A DNA stretch of 64,000 nt from NCBI GenBank assembly GCA_036229005.1, contig JAZAMN010000039.1, forward strand, positions 9,528 through 73,527, in the 5' to 3' direction. Under the pieces are notes generated by a model. It was not told the origin of the DNA and did not search any database. It saw only the letters and a list, made by a program, of their open reading frames with translations. Source of the stretch: Myxococcota bacterium. Lineage in GTDB: Bacteria > Myxococcota_A > UBA796 > CAJQPC01. A program made the position numbers and the translations under genes. Position 1 is the first letter of the stretch; each line of letters starts with the position of its first letter. Shown one piece after another: positions 48,490 through 58,222 of this stretch.

Positions 48490-50043
48490 CTATTGGGCGC
48501 TCGCGCCCAGGTAGCGCTCGATCTTGGCCTGGGCCTGCAGATCGTCGCTCCACTGCTGCTGGAAGCTCTGGCGCAGGAACAGGGTCATCTGGCGCTCCAG
48601 CTCCACCTTCTCGGTGTCGAAGGCGCTCATGTCGGCGTCCTGACGGGAGGTGACCTGGGCCACAACCAAGGTCCCGCCCACCGTGTAGACCTCTGGGAGG
48701 ACCTCACCCGCGGGGGCCTTGCTGGCCTCGGCGAGGAGCTGGTCAGCCGGACCGAGCTGGGGAATCTGGGTGGCGTTGAGCTTGAGGTCCGCCGCGGTGT
48801 TGGGCATGAGCAGCTTGGGCGCCAGCATGTCCATGGGCGCCTGGCCGGTGGCCTTCCAGCTCGCGAGCACCTGGTCGGCGAACTCCTGGGCGAAGGCGGG
48901 GGCGCGATCCTTCTGCAGGATCTCCTTGGCGACCAGCTCCTTGACCTCGTCGAAGGACTGCTCGCTGGCGGGGGTGCTGCTCTCCACCAGGAAGACGGCG
49001 AAGCCGCGGTTGGTCCGCACGATGTCGGTGCGCTGTCCAGCCTCGGTCCCGAAGATGGCCTCAGAGACCGCGGGCTCCATCTGCTGGGAGGTCTGCTCGC
49101 CCAGGTCGCCACCGTCGACGGCGTTGAGGTCCTCGCTGTACTTGCGGGCGGCCTGCTCGAAGGGGAGCCCGGCGTCGATCTCGGCGAGGATGCTGTCCAG
49201 GCGCGCGCGGGTCGCGTCCTCGTCCATTCCGCCGATGTCGGCCTTGAGGAGGATCATGCGGACCTGCGCCTTGGCGGGCTGCTTGAAGCGGCGCTCGAAC
49301 TGGGCATCGTAGGAGGCCTGGACGCGCTCGGGGGCGCTGGCCAGCAGGGCCTGGAGTTCGGTGTCGGTGACGGGCACGTCGGACACGAAGGCGCCGGTGG
49401 GCAGGCCCACCCAGGACAGGGTGAGGGAGGTGTTGTCCTCGATGTAGGCGCGCTTGACGTCCTGGGGAGGAACGTGGACGGCCAGGGAGCCGAGCTCCAG
49501 GACCTTGCGGACCTTGAGGTACTTGTAGACCTCCTCGCGGAAGACGCGCTCGTCCATGCCGCGAGAGGCCAGGAAGCGGTCGAGCTTGGCCTTCTTGTAG
49601 ACCTTCTCCTCGACGAAGAGCATCTCGCCCTTGGGCACCATGCCGTTGACCGCCGCCAGGATGTCGTCCGGGTTAGGGACGATGATCAGCCCGAAGGTGG
49701 GGCCGTCCATGCGCTGGATGGTGTACTCGACCTCCTCGCCGGAGACCTCGATGCCCAGGCGCTCGGCCTCGTTCAGCAGGACGCGCTGCTCGATGAGCCC
49801 GCTGAGGACCTGCTGCTGCAGGGAGGCGTACTCGGCGTCGGTGGTGGCGCCCCGCCCGACCCACTGCATGGTGCGCTCGAGCTGGGAGCTGGTGATGCGC
49901 TCACCGTCGACGTTGGCGACCTCGGAGGTCTTGGGGCCGTCGTTGCCGAGGCCCCAGCCAATGAACGAGACCACGATGATCGCAAAGACCGCCTGGAGCA
50001 GGAAGGAATCCGTCCCCCCGCGCATCTTCTCCATCAAGGACAT
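48490..50043 (-). CDS. SurA-N/parvulin peptidylprolyl isomerase (PpiD-like)
   Basis: N-terminal TM IIVVSFIGWG, VANVDGERI, FEQAARKYSED..GGDLG. Confidence 0.85.
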   Translation of the reverse strand: MSLMEKMRGGTDSFLLQAVFAIIVVSFIGWGLGNDGPKTSEVANVDGERITSSQLERTMQWVGRGATTDAEYASLQQQVLSGLIEQRVLLNEAERLGIEVSGEEVEYTIQRMDGPTFGLIIVPNPDDILAAVNGMVPKGEMLFVEEKVYKKAKLDRFLASRGMDERVFREEVYKYLKVRKVLELGSLAVHVPPQDVKRAYIEDNTSLTLSWVGLPTGAFVSDVPVTDTELQALLASAPERVQASYDAQFERRFKQPAKAQVRMILLKADIGGMDEDATRARLDSILAEIDAGLPFEQAARKYSEDLNAVDGGDLGEQTSQQMEPAVSEAIFGTEAGQRTDIVRTNRGFAVFLVESSTPASEQSFDEVKELVAKEILQKDRAPAFAQEFADQVLASWKATGQAPMDMLAPKLLMPNTAADLKLNATQIPQLGPADQLLAEASKAPAGEVLPEVYTVGGTLVVAQVTSRQDADMSAFDTEKVELERQMTLFLRQSFQQQWSDDLQAQAKIERYLGASAQ

Positions 50044-50156
50044 GTCGCATCTCCTGCACCCGGCGCGCTCGTGCACGCCGAAGACCCGGGCACGTAGCGG
50101 AAGATGGACGGGATGGCAAGGTCAGGACCGGGCTTGTGCCCGGCCCATCAGCGCGC

Positions 50157-51002
50157 TCAGAAGTCCCGGCTGCTCCACAGCTTGACGGTGGTGTCGCCGC
50201 TGACCTTGCCCTTGTTGCGGCTGTACCGCTTCTTGGCCTTGGGCATCCACTCGTTCAGGTTCTTCTTGCGGTCCTTGTTGGTGGGGTGCGTGCTCAGCAG
50301 GGCGATGCTGCTGCCCCCGGTGGCCTTCTCCATGCGATCCCAGACCAGGGGGGCCTCCTGGGGGGGGTAGCCGGCCTTGGCCATGTACATCATGCCGATG
50401 ATGTCGGCCTCCTTCTCGTGGGCGCGGGAGAAGGGGAGGATGACGCCGCCCTGCGCGCCGACGCCTGCGGCCGCCACGATGATGGCCTGCTGCTCGGTGC
50501 TGAGCTCGGTCTTGGCGTCCAGGTAGAGGTAGAGCGCGCCCATGCCGCCGAGCACTGCGAGCTGCTGGCTCAGGCGCTCGGCGCCGTGGTGTGCGGTGGC
50601 GTGGCCGACCTCGTGGCCCATGACGAAGGCGAGCCCGGCTTCGCTCTCGACGACGGGGAGCAGGCCGGTGTAGACGGCGATCTTGCCGCCGGGGAGGCAC
50701 CACGCGTTGATGGTGTCGTTGGCCTGCAGGAGCTTGAACTCCCAGTCGTACTTGGGCTGGTTCGCGGAGGCGGAGATGCGCTTGCCGATCCGGTTGATGG
50801 CCTTGGCGTTCTCGTTGCCCGACGACACCTTCTCTTCCGCCAAGGTCGAGGTGTACGTGGACGCCCCGAGCTGCCGCATGAGGGTGTCGGGGATGAGGTT
50901 GAACTGCCGCCGCCCGGTGATGGGCACCTTGACGCAGGCGACGAGGGTGGTGGCGGCCAGGAGCAGGCCCAGGGCCGTGCTTCGAGCGAGGCGACGCTTC
51001 AT
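50157..51002 (-). CDS. M48 family metallopeptidase lipoprotein
   Basis: LVAC lipobox, PITGRRQ, NAWCLPGGKI, HEVGH, FSRAHEKEAD, LSTHP. Confidence 0.92.
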   Translation of the reverse strand: MKRRLARSTALGLLLAATTLVACVKVPITGRRQFNLIPDTLMRQLGASTYTSTLAEEKVSSGNENAKAINRIGKRISASANQPKYDWEFKLLQANDTINAWCLPGGKIAVYTGLLPVVESEAGLAFVMGHEVGHATAHHGAERLSQQLAVLGGMGALYLYLDAKTELSTEQQAIIVAAAGVGAQGGVILPFSRAHEKEADIIGMMYMAKAGYPPQEAPLVWDRMEKATGGSSIALLSTHPTNKDRKKNLNEWMPKAKKRYSRNKGKVSGDTTVKLWSSRDF

Positions 51003-51062
51003 CGGAGGGCTCCGGTTTGTGCTGACTTTCACAGCTTGTATCACCGAAGGTCAACAAGCGGC

Positions 51063-51091
51063 TTGAGTGCGGGATCTCTGACTGCTATACG
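51063..51091 (+). promoter_or_regulatory. Putative sigma70 promoter of mreB
   Basis: TTGAGT-N17-TATACG with an extended -10 TG. Confidence 0.4.
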
Positions 51092-51149
51092 CGAGAGCAC
51101 CTCCCGCCTTCACTTCCTTCCTCCTCTCCTCCCTCCAACGGGGCGCGCA

Positions 51150-52196
51150 ATGCCCTCCCGCATCCTCGATGGCGTCCTCGGCGCCCTCTCCCAGGACATG
51201 GCCATCGACCTGGGGACGGCCAACACCCTCTTGCACGTCCGTGGTCGCGGGGTGGTCTGCCGAGAGCCCTCGGTGGTGGCTCTGCACACCGACCACCGCG
51301 GGCAGAAGTCTGTGCTGGCAGCGGGGATGGAGGCGCGGGAGATGTTGGGGCGTGCACCGTCTGACATCCGGGTGGTCCGCCCCCTCCGGGACGGGGTCAT
51401 CTCCGACTTCGAGGTCACCGAGGCGATGCTGCGGCTCTTCATGCACCGGAGCATGGGGCCCAACCACATCGTGCGTCCGCGCACCGTGGTCTGCATCCCC
51501 TACGGCACGACCGAGGTCGAGAAGCGCGCCATGCGCGAGTGCGCCGAGGCCGCCGGAGCGCGCGAGGTGCACCTGGTCGAGGAGCCCCTGGCCGCCGCAA
51601 TCGGCGCGGGACTGGACATCACCGAGCCCAGCGGGAACATGGTGGTGGACGTGGGCGGAGGGACCACCGAGGTCGCCGTCGTGAGCCTGGGGGGGATCGT
51701 CTACTCCCGCAGCGTGCGCGTGGGCGGGGACCAGATGGACGCCGCCATCATCGAGTACCTCAAGGACAGCCGGGGCCTGCTGGTCGGGCCGGTGACCGCC
51801 GAGGAGATCAAGATCAAGCTCGGCAACGCCGCCGCCACGCGCCGCGACCCCAAGCTCTCCCTGGAGGTGCGCGGTCGGGATCTGGTGACGGGCTGGCCGC
51901 GCGCCGTGCGCCTGTCTTCGGACGAGGTGCGGGAAGCGCTCGCAGGCACTGTCCAGCTCCTGGTGGACACCCTGCTGGCGGCGCTGGACAAGACCCCGCC
52001 GGAGCTGGCCTCGGACATCGTGGACAAGGGCATCGTGCTGACCGGCGGAGCGGCGCAGCTCAAGCGCATGGATCTGGCCATGCGTCAGGCCACGGGGTTG
52101 CCGGTGATCATCGCCGACGACCCGGGCGCTGCGGTGGTCGCGGGCGCCGCGCGCGCCCTCGGCCACATCGACTTCCTGCGGGCCGTGGCCTGCTGA
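51150..52196 (+). CDS. mreB: Rod shape-determining actin homolog MreB
   Basis: IDLGTANT, EPSVVA, RPLRDGVI, TEVEKRA, EEPLAAAIGAG, DVGGGTTE, TPPELASDI, LTGG. Confidence 0.93.
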   Translation: MPSRILDGVLGALSQDMAIDLGTANTLLHVRGRGVVCREPSVVALHTDHRGQKSVLAAGMEAREMLGRAPSDIRVVRPLRDGVISDFEVTEAMLRLFMHRSMGPNHIVRPRTVVCIPYGTTEVEKRAMRECAEAAGAREVHLVEEPLAAAIGAGLDITEPSGNMVVDVGGGTTEVAVVSLGGIVYSRSVRVGGDQMDAAIIEYLKDSRGLLVGPVTAEEIKIKLGNAAATRRDPKLSLEVRGRDLVTGWPRAVRLSSDEVREALAGTVQLLVDTLLAALDKTPPELASDIVDKGIVLTGGAAQLKRMDLAMRQATGLPVIIADDPGAAVVAGAARALGHIDFLRAVAC

Positions 52197-52217
52197 GAGT
52201 CGAAAGTCAGGCTGCGC

Positions 52218-52547
52218 TCAGAGAGCGGAGGCCACCAACTGGTCGATGCGGTCCTGGTCGACGTTGCCCACCAGGTGCCCGACGGCCTCGCCGTCCTTGA
52301 TGACGATGAGCGTGGGGATGGACCGCACGTTGTAGTTCATCGCGATCTTGCGGTTCTCGTCGGTGTTGACCTTGACCACCTTGGCCTGGCCCTCGTACTT
52401 GCCTGCGACCGCCTCGATCTTGGGGGCCAGGGCGCGGCAGGGGGCGCACCAGGTGGCCCAGAAGTCGACCAGGACGGGGACGTCGGACTCGAGAACCTGG
52501 GCCTTCCAGTCGCTCTCACTCACGTTGCTGATCAGATCGGATGCCAT
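52218..52547 (-). CDS. trxA: Thioredoxin
   Basis: VLVDFWATWCAPC, SIPTL. Confidence 0.95.
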   Translation of the reverse strand: MASDLISNVSESDWKAQVLESDVPVLVDFWATWCAPCRALAPKIEAVAGKYEGQAKVVKVNTDENRKIAMNYNVRSIPTLIVIKDGEAVGHLVGNVDQDRIDQLVASAL

Positions 52548-52652
52548 CTGGGGGTCTCCTGAAGGGGGGCGAGAAGCTCGCCGGTTGAGGCTTTGGAATA
52601 AACTTCAACCCGGTCCCGGGCAAGGGGGGGGAAGGGCCGTGTCGGAGATTGA

Positions 52653-54011
52653 ATGTCCCAGAGTCCTGTCGTCGCCCTCTACCTGGCGCACCTTGAACAG
52701 CGAAGCGGCCTGCTTGAGATCCTGAGCGGGGCCCACTCGACCCGGATCCACCTGCTGCGCGGGCGGGTCGTGCAGGTCGAGGACATGCCCGGGTTGCTGG
52801 AGGAGCTGGTGCCCCACGGGATCGGGAGCCTCCGGGACGATCTGGCCAAGGCCATCCAAGGCGGCGCCCCGATGCCCCAAGCCTTCGAGACCGCCGCCCG
52901 GGACATCGGGCGTGCCCTCGCGCTCACCCACGGTCAGGAGGGTGTGGAGGCCAACTTCAACCCGGACGGTGAGCCCCCTCCGGGCTGCTTCCCCCTGGAG
53001 CAAGGCATCCCGGAGATCCTCCGACTGGGCTTCACCGCGGAGCGCCCCCCGGTCGCCGTCTACCGGGAGTACCGCGCGCTGCTGGACCACCGTGCTCGCC
53101 CGACCGGGCGGGAGGCCAAGGGGCTGGGGACCCATGCGCTGCGGCTGCTGAGGGGGGCCCGCCAGTCGCCGCTGGTCTCCGAGCTCATGGCCGGCGTCCC
53201 CCAGGATGACCCGAGCTGGGTGGCCCTGGACCTGCTGGTGGCCATCGACGCGCTGGTCATCGAGGAGGTCAAGGAGGACCCCCTCAAGGCCGAGCGCCTG
53301 CGGCGACTCAAGGCCAAGGCCCAGCGGCTGGAGGAGCTGGCGATCGAGCTCTCCAAGCAGCCCCCCCTCACCGCGCTGGGGATCCAGCCCGCCGAGAGCA
53401 TGGACTGGCTGAATGAAGAGGGGATCGCCCAGCAGTACCGCAAGGTCGCGACCCCCTACCACCCGGACCAGATCGCCAAGATGCCCGCGCCCTACCGGGC
53501 CGCCGCCTCCGCGGTGTTCTCGGCGTACTCAGAGATTAAGGAGCGCCTGCTCAAGGACCCGCAGCTCCTCAAGGACGAGAAGGAGCGCCTGGTCTGCGAA
53601 GCCAAGGGGCGCCTCTATGTCCCCCGCGGCGCCCGCGATGAGGCCCGTGCCTGCTTCAAGCGCGCCCAGGGCCACGAGCACTACCGCCAGTGGGAGCAGG
53701 CCCAGCAGGAGCTGGAGGTCGCGGTGGAGCGGGACCCCTCCGAGCCGCTCTACGCGGTGGTTCTGGCCTTCGTGAAGGCGGTGCGCAAGCAGCGCTCCCC
53801 GACCGATGCAATCGGGGACATCCGGGAGGTCAGCGCCAAGGCCGGCATCATCCCGCGGGTCGAGGGGCTCTACCGGATCGGGCGGCTGTTCAAGATGGCC
53901 GAGAGCCCCAAGGATGCCCTCTCCACCTTCCAGGATCTGCTCCAGATCGCACCGAACCACGTGGGGGCCAAGCGCGAGGTCAGGCTGCTCAAGAAGCGGC
54001 TGGGCGCCTGA
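52653..54011 (+). CDS. DUF4388-like / J-domain / TPR protein
   Basis: SGLLEI..GRVV N-terminus; YRKVATPYHPD J-domain motif; C-terminal TPR-like helices. Confidence 0.65.
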   Translation: MSQSPVVALYLAHLEQRSGLLEILSGAHSTRIHLLRGRVVQVEDMPGLLEELVPHGIGSLRDDLAKAIQGGAPMPQAFETAARDIGRALALTHGQEGVEANFNPDGEPPPGCFPLEQGIPEILRLGFTAERPPVAVYREYRALLDHRARPTGREAKGLGTHALRLLRGARQSPLVSELMAGVPQDDPSWVALDLLVAIDALVIEEVKEDPLKAERLRRLKAKAQRLEELAIELSKQPPLTALGIQPAESMDWLNEEGIAQQYRKVATPYHPDQIAKMPAPYRAAASAVFSAYSEIKERLLKDPQLLKDEKERLVCEAKGRLYVPRGARDEARACFKRAQGHEHYRQWEQAQQELEVAVERDPSEPLYAVVLAFVKAVRKQRSPTDAIGDIREVSAKAGIIPRVEGLYRIGRLFKMAESPKDALSTFQDLLQIAPNHVGAKREVRLLKKRLGA

Positions 54012-54073
54012 AAGGCGACGCCCCGGCCTGCCTGCGGCTCCTCGTCGCCCGCAGGGTCGGTTAGGGAACACCG

Positions 54074-54871
54074 GTGCACGTCCCCCTCTACATCCTGGCC
54101 CTCGTGGCCTACTCGGCAGCCGCAGCGCTGCGCATCGCGCGCTGGGGCAACCGGAGCTGGGTGCCCCGCGCTGCCTGGGTGTCCGCCGTGGTCGGTGTCC
54201 TGGCCCACCTTGGGGCGATCAGCTCCCTGGCGGTTGTGGCGGGCGGCCTGCCCATCTCCGGCCCGGGCGACTCGGTCGCCTTGATCGCCGGAGGCATCGG
54301 GATCGGCACGCTCTTGGTGCGGCCCAAGGAGCGCGGCGAGGTGCTCTCGGGCGTGTTGTCCTCGCTTGCGGCCGTGATGCTGGGGGTGGCGCTGCTGCTG
54401 CCGTCCCAGGCGGTGGAGCCGAATGCGGGGCTGGCCCAGGTCTTCTTCCCCCTGCACGCGCTGGCGACCTTTGTAGGACTCTCGTGCTTCGCCCTTGCTT
54501 TTGGGGTGAGTGTGATGTTCCTGGTGGTGCGTCGCCGCCTCAAGGCCAAGCAGCTCTCGGGGCTGGGCGGGCTCCCCAGCATGGAGGCCCTGGACACCCT
54601 GAACACGCAGACGGTGGCGGTGGGCTTCTTGAGCCTCACGCTGGGCATCGCGGCGGGCGGCGCCTGGGCGGCGTCGGTGGGGAGCACGGGCCTTGGGGCG
54701 GTGGTGTGGATCACCCTGGTGCTCTGGGGGTGGTACGCGGTCGCGGTCCTGGTGCGCGTCGTGGGCGGCTGGCGCGGCAAGCTGAGCGCGCAGCTCTCGG
54801 TCATGGGTTTTGTCGGGATGCTGATCTCCTTGGGGGCCATCGTGGGGATCACCCAGGGGTGGCATCCGTGA
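54074..54871 (+). CDS. ccsA: Cytochrome c assembly protein (CcsA/HemX-like)
   Basis: Multiple TMs, LPSMEALD, GF..LTLGI..G..WA, GWRGK; directly upstream of hemA. Confidence 0.82.
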   Translation: MHVPLYILALVAYSAAAALRIARWGNRSWVPRAAWVSAVVGVLAHLGAISSLAVVAGGLPISGPGDSVALIAGGIGIGTLLVRPKERGEVLSGVLSSLAAVMLGVALLLPSQAVEPNAGLAQVFFPLHALATFVGLSCFALAFGVSVMFLVVRRRLKAKQLSGLGGLPSMEALDTLNTQTVAVGFLSLTLGIAAGGAWAASVGSTGLGAVVWITLVLWGWYAVAVLVRVVGGWRGKLSAQLSVMGFVGMLISLGAIVGITQGWHP

Positions 54872-56145
54872 TCGGGCAGCTCGAGCTGGTCTCCGTCGGC
54901 TTGAACCACCGCACCGCGCCTGTAGAGCTGCGGGAGCGGCTGGCCATCGCGCCGGAGCGCCTGCCGGAGCACTTTGAAGGGCTGCGCGACAGCGCCGGCA
55001 CCGTGGAGACGATGATCCTGTCCACCTGCAACCGGGTGGAGGTCTACGCGCTGGTCCCCGAGGCGCAGGGAGAGGGGATCGGGAACTACCTGGCGCGGGC
55101 CCACGGGCTGAGGGCGGCCTCGCTGCAGGAGCACCTGTACGTGCGCAGCGGCCCCGAGGCGGTCGGGCACCTCTTCCGCGTGGCGGCGAGCCTGGACTCG
55201 CTGGTTTTGGGGGAGCCGCAGATCCTGGGGCAGGTCAAGCAGGCCTTCCAGGCGGCGAGCACCCATGGGGCCATGGGCCGGGTCATGCAGCCGCTGCTGC
55301 GCCGCACGCTGTCGGTCGCCAAGAAGGTGCGCACCGAGACGCGCATTGGCCGGGACGCCGTGTCCGTGGGGTCCGCGGGGGTCGAGCTGGCGCGCAGCCT
55401 CTTTGGCCGCCTGGGGGAGCGCCGCGTGCTGCTCATCGGGGCGGGGGAGATGGGCCGGCTGGTCGCTCAGTCCCTGCTGAGCAAGGGCGTCGAAGAGCTG
55501 TTGGTGTCCACCCGGACCTACGACAACGCGGTGAAGCTCGCGGGCGAGTTCGGCGCGACGGCGATCCCCATCGAGCAGTTGGACGCCTACCTGGAGCGCG
55601 TGGACATCGCGGTCGTCAGCACCTCGGCGCGCCACCACCTGCTGACCCGGGCGCGGGTGCTGCCGATCATGAAGCGGCGCAGGTACAAGCCTCTGCTGCT
55701 CATCGACCTCTCCGTCCCCCGAAACGTCGCCCCGGACGTACACGAGCTGGAGGGCGCGTTCCTCTACAACGTGGACGACCTCACCGACATCGCGCGGGAG
55801 GGCATGGAGCGCCGTCAGCAGGCCGCCAGTCAGGCCGAGGCCCTGGTCGCCGAAGAGGCGGTGCGCTGCTATCGCTCCCTGGGCGCGCGCACCGCCGACC
55901 CCGTCATCGCTGGACTCACGAGAGCGGCCGAAGAGGCCCGCGTCGCCGAGCTCGAGCGCTCCCACTCCACCCTGGAGGCGCTGACCCCCGAGCAGCGGCA
56001 GGTCATCGACGCGATGACCAAGGCCATGTTCAAGCGCTTCCTGCACTCCCCCATCCAGAAGGCTCGGGCCATGGCCGCCACCGGCGACAACGACGGCCTG
56101 GGCGTGATGGAAGACTGCTTTGCCGAGGACTCCAAAGATGCCTGA
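54868..56145 (+). CDS. hemA: Glutamyl-tRNA reductase
   Basis: GLNHRTAPVELRE, STCNRVE, SLDSLVLGEPQILGQVK, IGAGEMG, DLSVPRNV. Confidence 0.97.
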   Translation: MIGQLELVSVGLNHRTAPVELRERLAIAPERLPEHFEGLRDSAGTVETMILSTCNRVEVYALVPEAQGEGIGNYLARAHGLRAASLQEHLYVRSGPEAVGHLFRVAASLDSLVLGEPQILGQVKQAFQAASTHGAMGRVMQPLLRRTLSVAKKVRTETRIGRDAVSVGSAGVELARSLFGRLGERRVLLIGAGEMGRLVAQSLLSKGVEELLVSTRTYDNAVKLAGEFGATAIPIEQLDAYLERVDIAVVSTSARHHLLTRARVLPIMKRRRYKPLLLIDLSVPRNVAPDVHELEGAFLYNVDDLTDIAREGMERRQQAASQAEALVAEEAVRCYRSLGARTADPVIAGLTRAAEEARVAELERSHSTLEALTPEQRQVIDAMTKAMFKRFLHSPIQKARAMAATGDNDGLGVMEDCFAEDSKDA

Positions 56146-57019
56146 TCGCCTGGTGCTGGGCACCCGTGGCTCCAAGCTCGCTCTCGCTCAGTCCGGCCAG
56201 GTGGCCGCAGCGCTGACCCAGGCCACTGGGCTCCCTGTGGACCTCAAGGTGATCTCCACCAAGGGCGACCGGGTGCAGGACAAGCCCCTCCCTGAGGTCG
56301 GCGGCAAGGGCCTGTTCACCCTGGAGCTGGAGCAGGAGCTGCTGGCCGGCACCATCGACCTGGCGGTGCACAGCCTCAAGGACCTCCCGACGGAAGACAA
56401 CCCGGGCCTGATGGTCGCCGCCTACCCGCGCCGCGCCGACCCCCGTGATGTGCTCGTCGGCCTGCCGCTGGACCAGCTCCCTCAGGGCGCCATCGTCGGC
56501 ACGGGCTCCGCCCGCCGCGCCACCCAGCTCAAGGCTCTGCGCCCGGATCTGGAGATCAAGGGCATCCGCGGCAACGTCGACACCCGCATCCGCAAGCTGC
56601 ACGAGCAGGACTACCAGTCCATCGTCCTGGCGGCCGCCGGCATGGCCCGCCTGGGCCTGGAGACCGAGCGCTTCCCCTTGGAGCCCAGCGAGTGCCTGCC
56701 GGCCCCCGGTCAGGGCGTTCTGGCCCTGCAGTGCAACAGCGAGCGGCCCGAGATCATCGCCCTGCTGCGCAGCCTGGACGACTTCGACGCCCGCACCTGC
56801 GTGGAGGCCGAGCGCAGCTTCCTGGCGGCGCTGGGTGGGGGCTGCTCGGTGCCCGCCGCCTGCCACGCCATCTTCGAGGGGGACCTGCTTTGGGTGCGGG
56901 GCGCGCTGGCCGATGAGAGCGGCACGGTGCACCGGCACGAGGCCCGGGGCACGCCTCAGCAAGCCGCCGCGCTGGGGGCGGTGTTGGCCGCGGTGCTCCG
57001 GCAGGCCGTCGGGGTCTGA
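56138..57019 (+). CDS. hemC: Hydroxymethylbilane synthase
   Basis: GTRGSKLALAQ, GKGLFTLELE, VHSLKDLP, RGNVDTR, PAPGQG, GGCSVP. Confidence 0.97.
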   Translation: MPDRLVLGTRGSKLALAQSGQVAAALTQATGLPVDLKVISTKGDRVQDKPLPEVGGKGLFTLELEQELLAGTIDLAVHSLKDLPTEDNPGLMVAAYPRRADPRDVLVGLPLDQLPQGAIVGTGSARRATQLKALRPDLEIKGIRGNVDTRIRKLHEQDYQSIVLAAAGMARLGLETERFPLEPSECLPAPGQGVLALQCNSERPEIIALLRSLDDFDARTCVEAERSFLAALGGGCSVPAACHAIFEGDLLWVRGALADESGTVHRHEARGTPQQAAALGAVLAAVLRQAVGV

Positions 57020-57025
57020 GGGGCC

Positions 57026-57310
57026 CTACTCGGCGCAGAAGGCCTGGCACTCGGCGGGCTGATCGGTCGCCAGGGACTCGCAGGCCAGGGCCTCCCAGCC
57101 GCTGATGCAGGTCTTGGCGGCGTCCGCGTCGAAGCTGTCCTCGCAGAGCTCGACCTCGAGCCCGTCCAGGGTCTCGATGCAGTCGTCGACGCTCTCGTAG
57201 CCCAACGCCTGCAGATCGCCGCAGCGCTCCAGCGTCTCGCACTGGACGGCGTTGTAGTCCGCGCGCAGGGACTCCTCGGAGTTGCAGGCCAGGGCAAGCA
57301 GCAGGAACAT
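57026..57310 (-). CDS. Small Cys-rich lipoprotein
   Basis: MFLLLALAC lipobox; eight further Cys; GGAGAG RBS; acidic composition. Confidence 0.7.
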   Translation of the reverse strand: MFLLLALACNSEESLRADYNAVQCETLERCGDLQALGYESVDDCIETLDGLEVELCEDSFDADAAKTCISGWEALACESLATDQPAECQAFCAE

Positions 57311-57348
57311 GGGCTCTCTCCAGGCTCTCCAGCTATTTGGCTTTGGCG

Positions 57349-58029
57349 ATGACCACAAGACCCCGCGTGCTGCTGACCCGTGCTCGGGGTCGAAACGAGA
57401 GCCTCCGCCGCGCGCTGGGGGACCGGGTCCAGGCCATCGAGCTGCCCCTGCTGGCATTCCAGGCCATCCCCCACACCCTGCCGGCCGCGGACTGGGTCCT
57501 GTTGACGAGCGGGACCGTGCTGCGGTTCATCGACGTGGCCCACCTCCGGGGATCCCGGATCGCCGCAGTGGGTCCCAAGACCGCCCGCGCAGTCGAGGAC
57601 ATCGGTATTCAGGCCGATCTCGTGCCCTCCACCGCCCTGGCGAGCGCCCTTGCTGACGCGCTGATCGCCCAGGGGATCGCGGGCCAGCACGTCCTGTACC
57701 CGCGGGCGGAGCAGGTGGACCCCGAGCTGGAGATGCGTCTCAGGGCGGCCGGCGCCAGGGTGACCTCGTTGGCGGTGTATCGCACGGGGTGCCCGGCGGA
57801 CGCGGGCCGGACGTTGGGCCAGGAGCTGCCGGTGGACGCGATCCTGCTTGCCTCCGGATCTGCCGCTCGACATCTGGTCCAGGTGGGAGGCGCGGGGCTT
57901 CCGGTCGTGTGCATCGGTCCCAGCACGGAGTCTGTGTCCCGGGAGCTGGGGCTGGACGTGCTCGCGGTGGCGGACCCTCACACGGCGGAGGGGCTCGCGG
58001 CGGCGACGCTCAAGGTGCTCGGGGTCTGA
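57349..58029 (+). CDS. hemD: Uroporphyrinogen-III synthase
   Basis: VLLTR, LLTS, AVGPKTA, AVYRT, ASGSA, CIGP.T. Confidence 0.9.
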   Translation: MTTRPRVLLTRARGRNESLRRALGDRVQAIELPLLAFQAIPHTLPAADWVLLTSGTVLRFIDVAHLRGSRIAAVGPKTARAVEDIGIQADLVPSTALASALADALIAQGIAGQHVLYPRAEQVDPELEMRLRAAGARVTSLAVYRTGCPADAGRTLGQELPVDAILLASGSAARHLVQVGGAGLPVVCIGPSTESVSRELGLDVLAVADPHTAEGLAAATLKVLGV

Positions 58030-58033
58030 GGGA

Positions 58034-58187
58034 TTGGGGCGCAACCCGGGGTGGATGCACCACTTGGCGGCGCAACCCGGGGTGAGTGCACCACGTTGGG
58101 GTGCAACCCGGGGTGAATGCACCACGTTGGGGCGTAACCCGGGGTGAATGCACCACTTGGCGGCGCAACCTGGGGTGAATGCACCAC
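58034..58187 (+). repeat. Tandem array A: five 31-bp units
   Basis: Unit approx. GGCGCAACCCGGGGTGAATGCACCACGTTGG; GCAACC core at 58041, 58072, 58103, 58134 (GTAACC) and 58165. Confidence 0.95.
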
Positions 58188-58222
58188 AAAGCCCACGCTT
58201 GGCGTCCAAATCCGCGGCTTTT

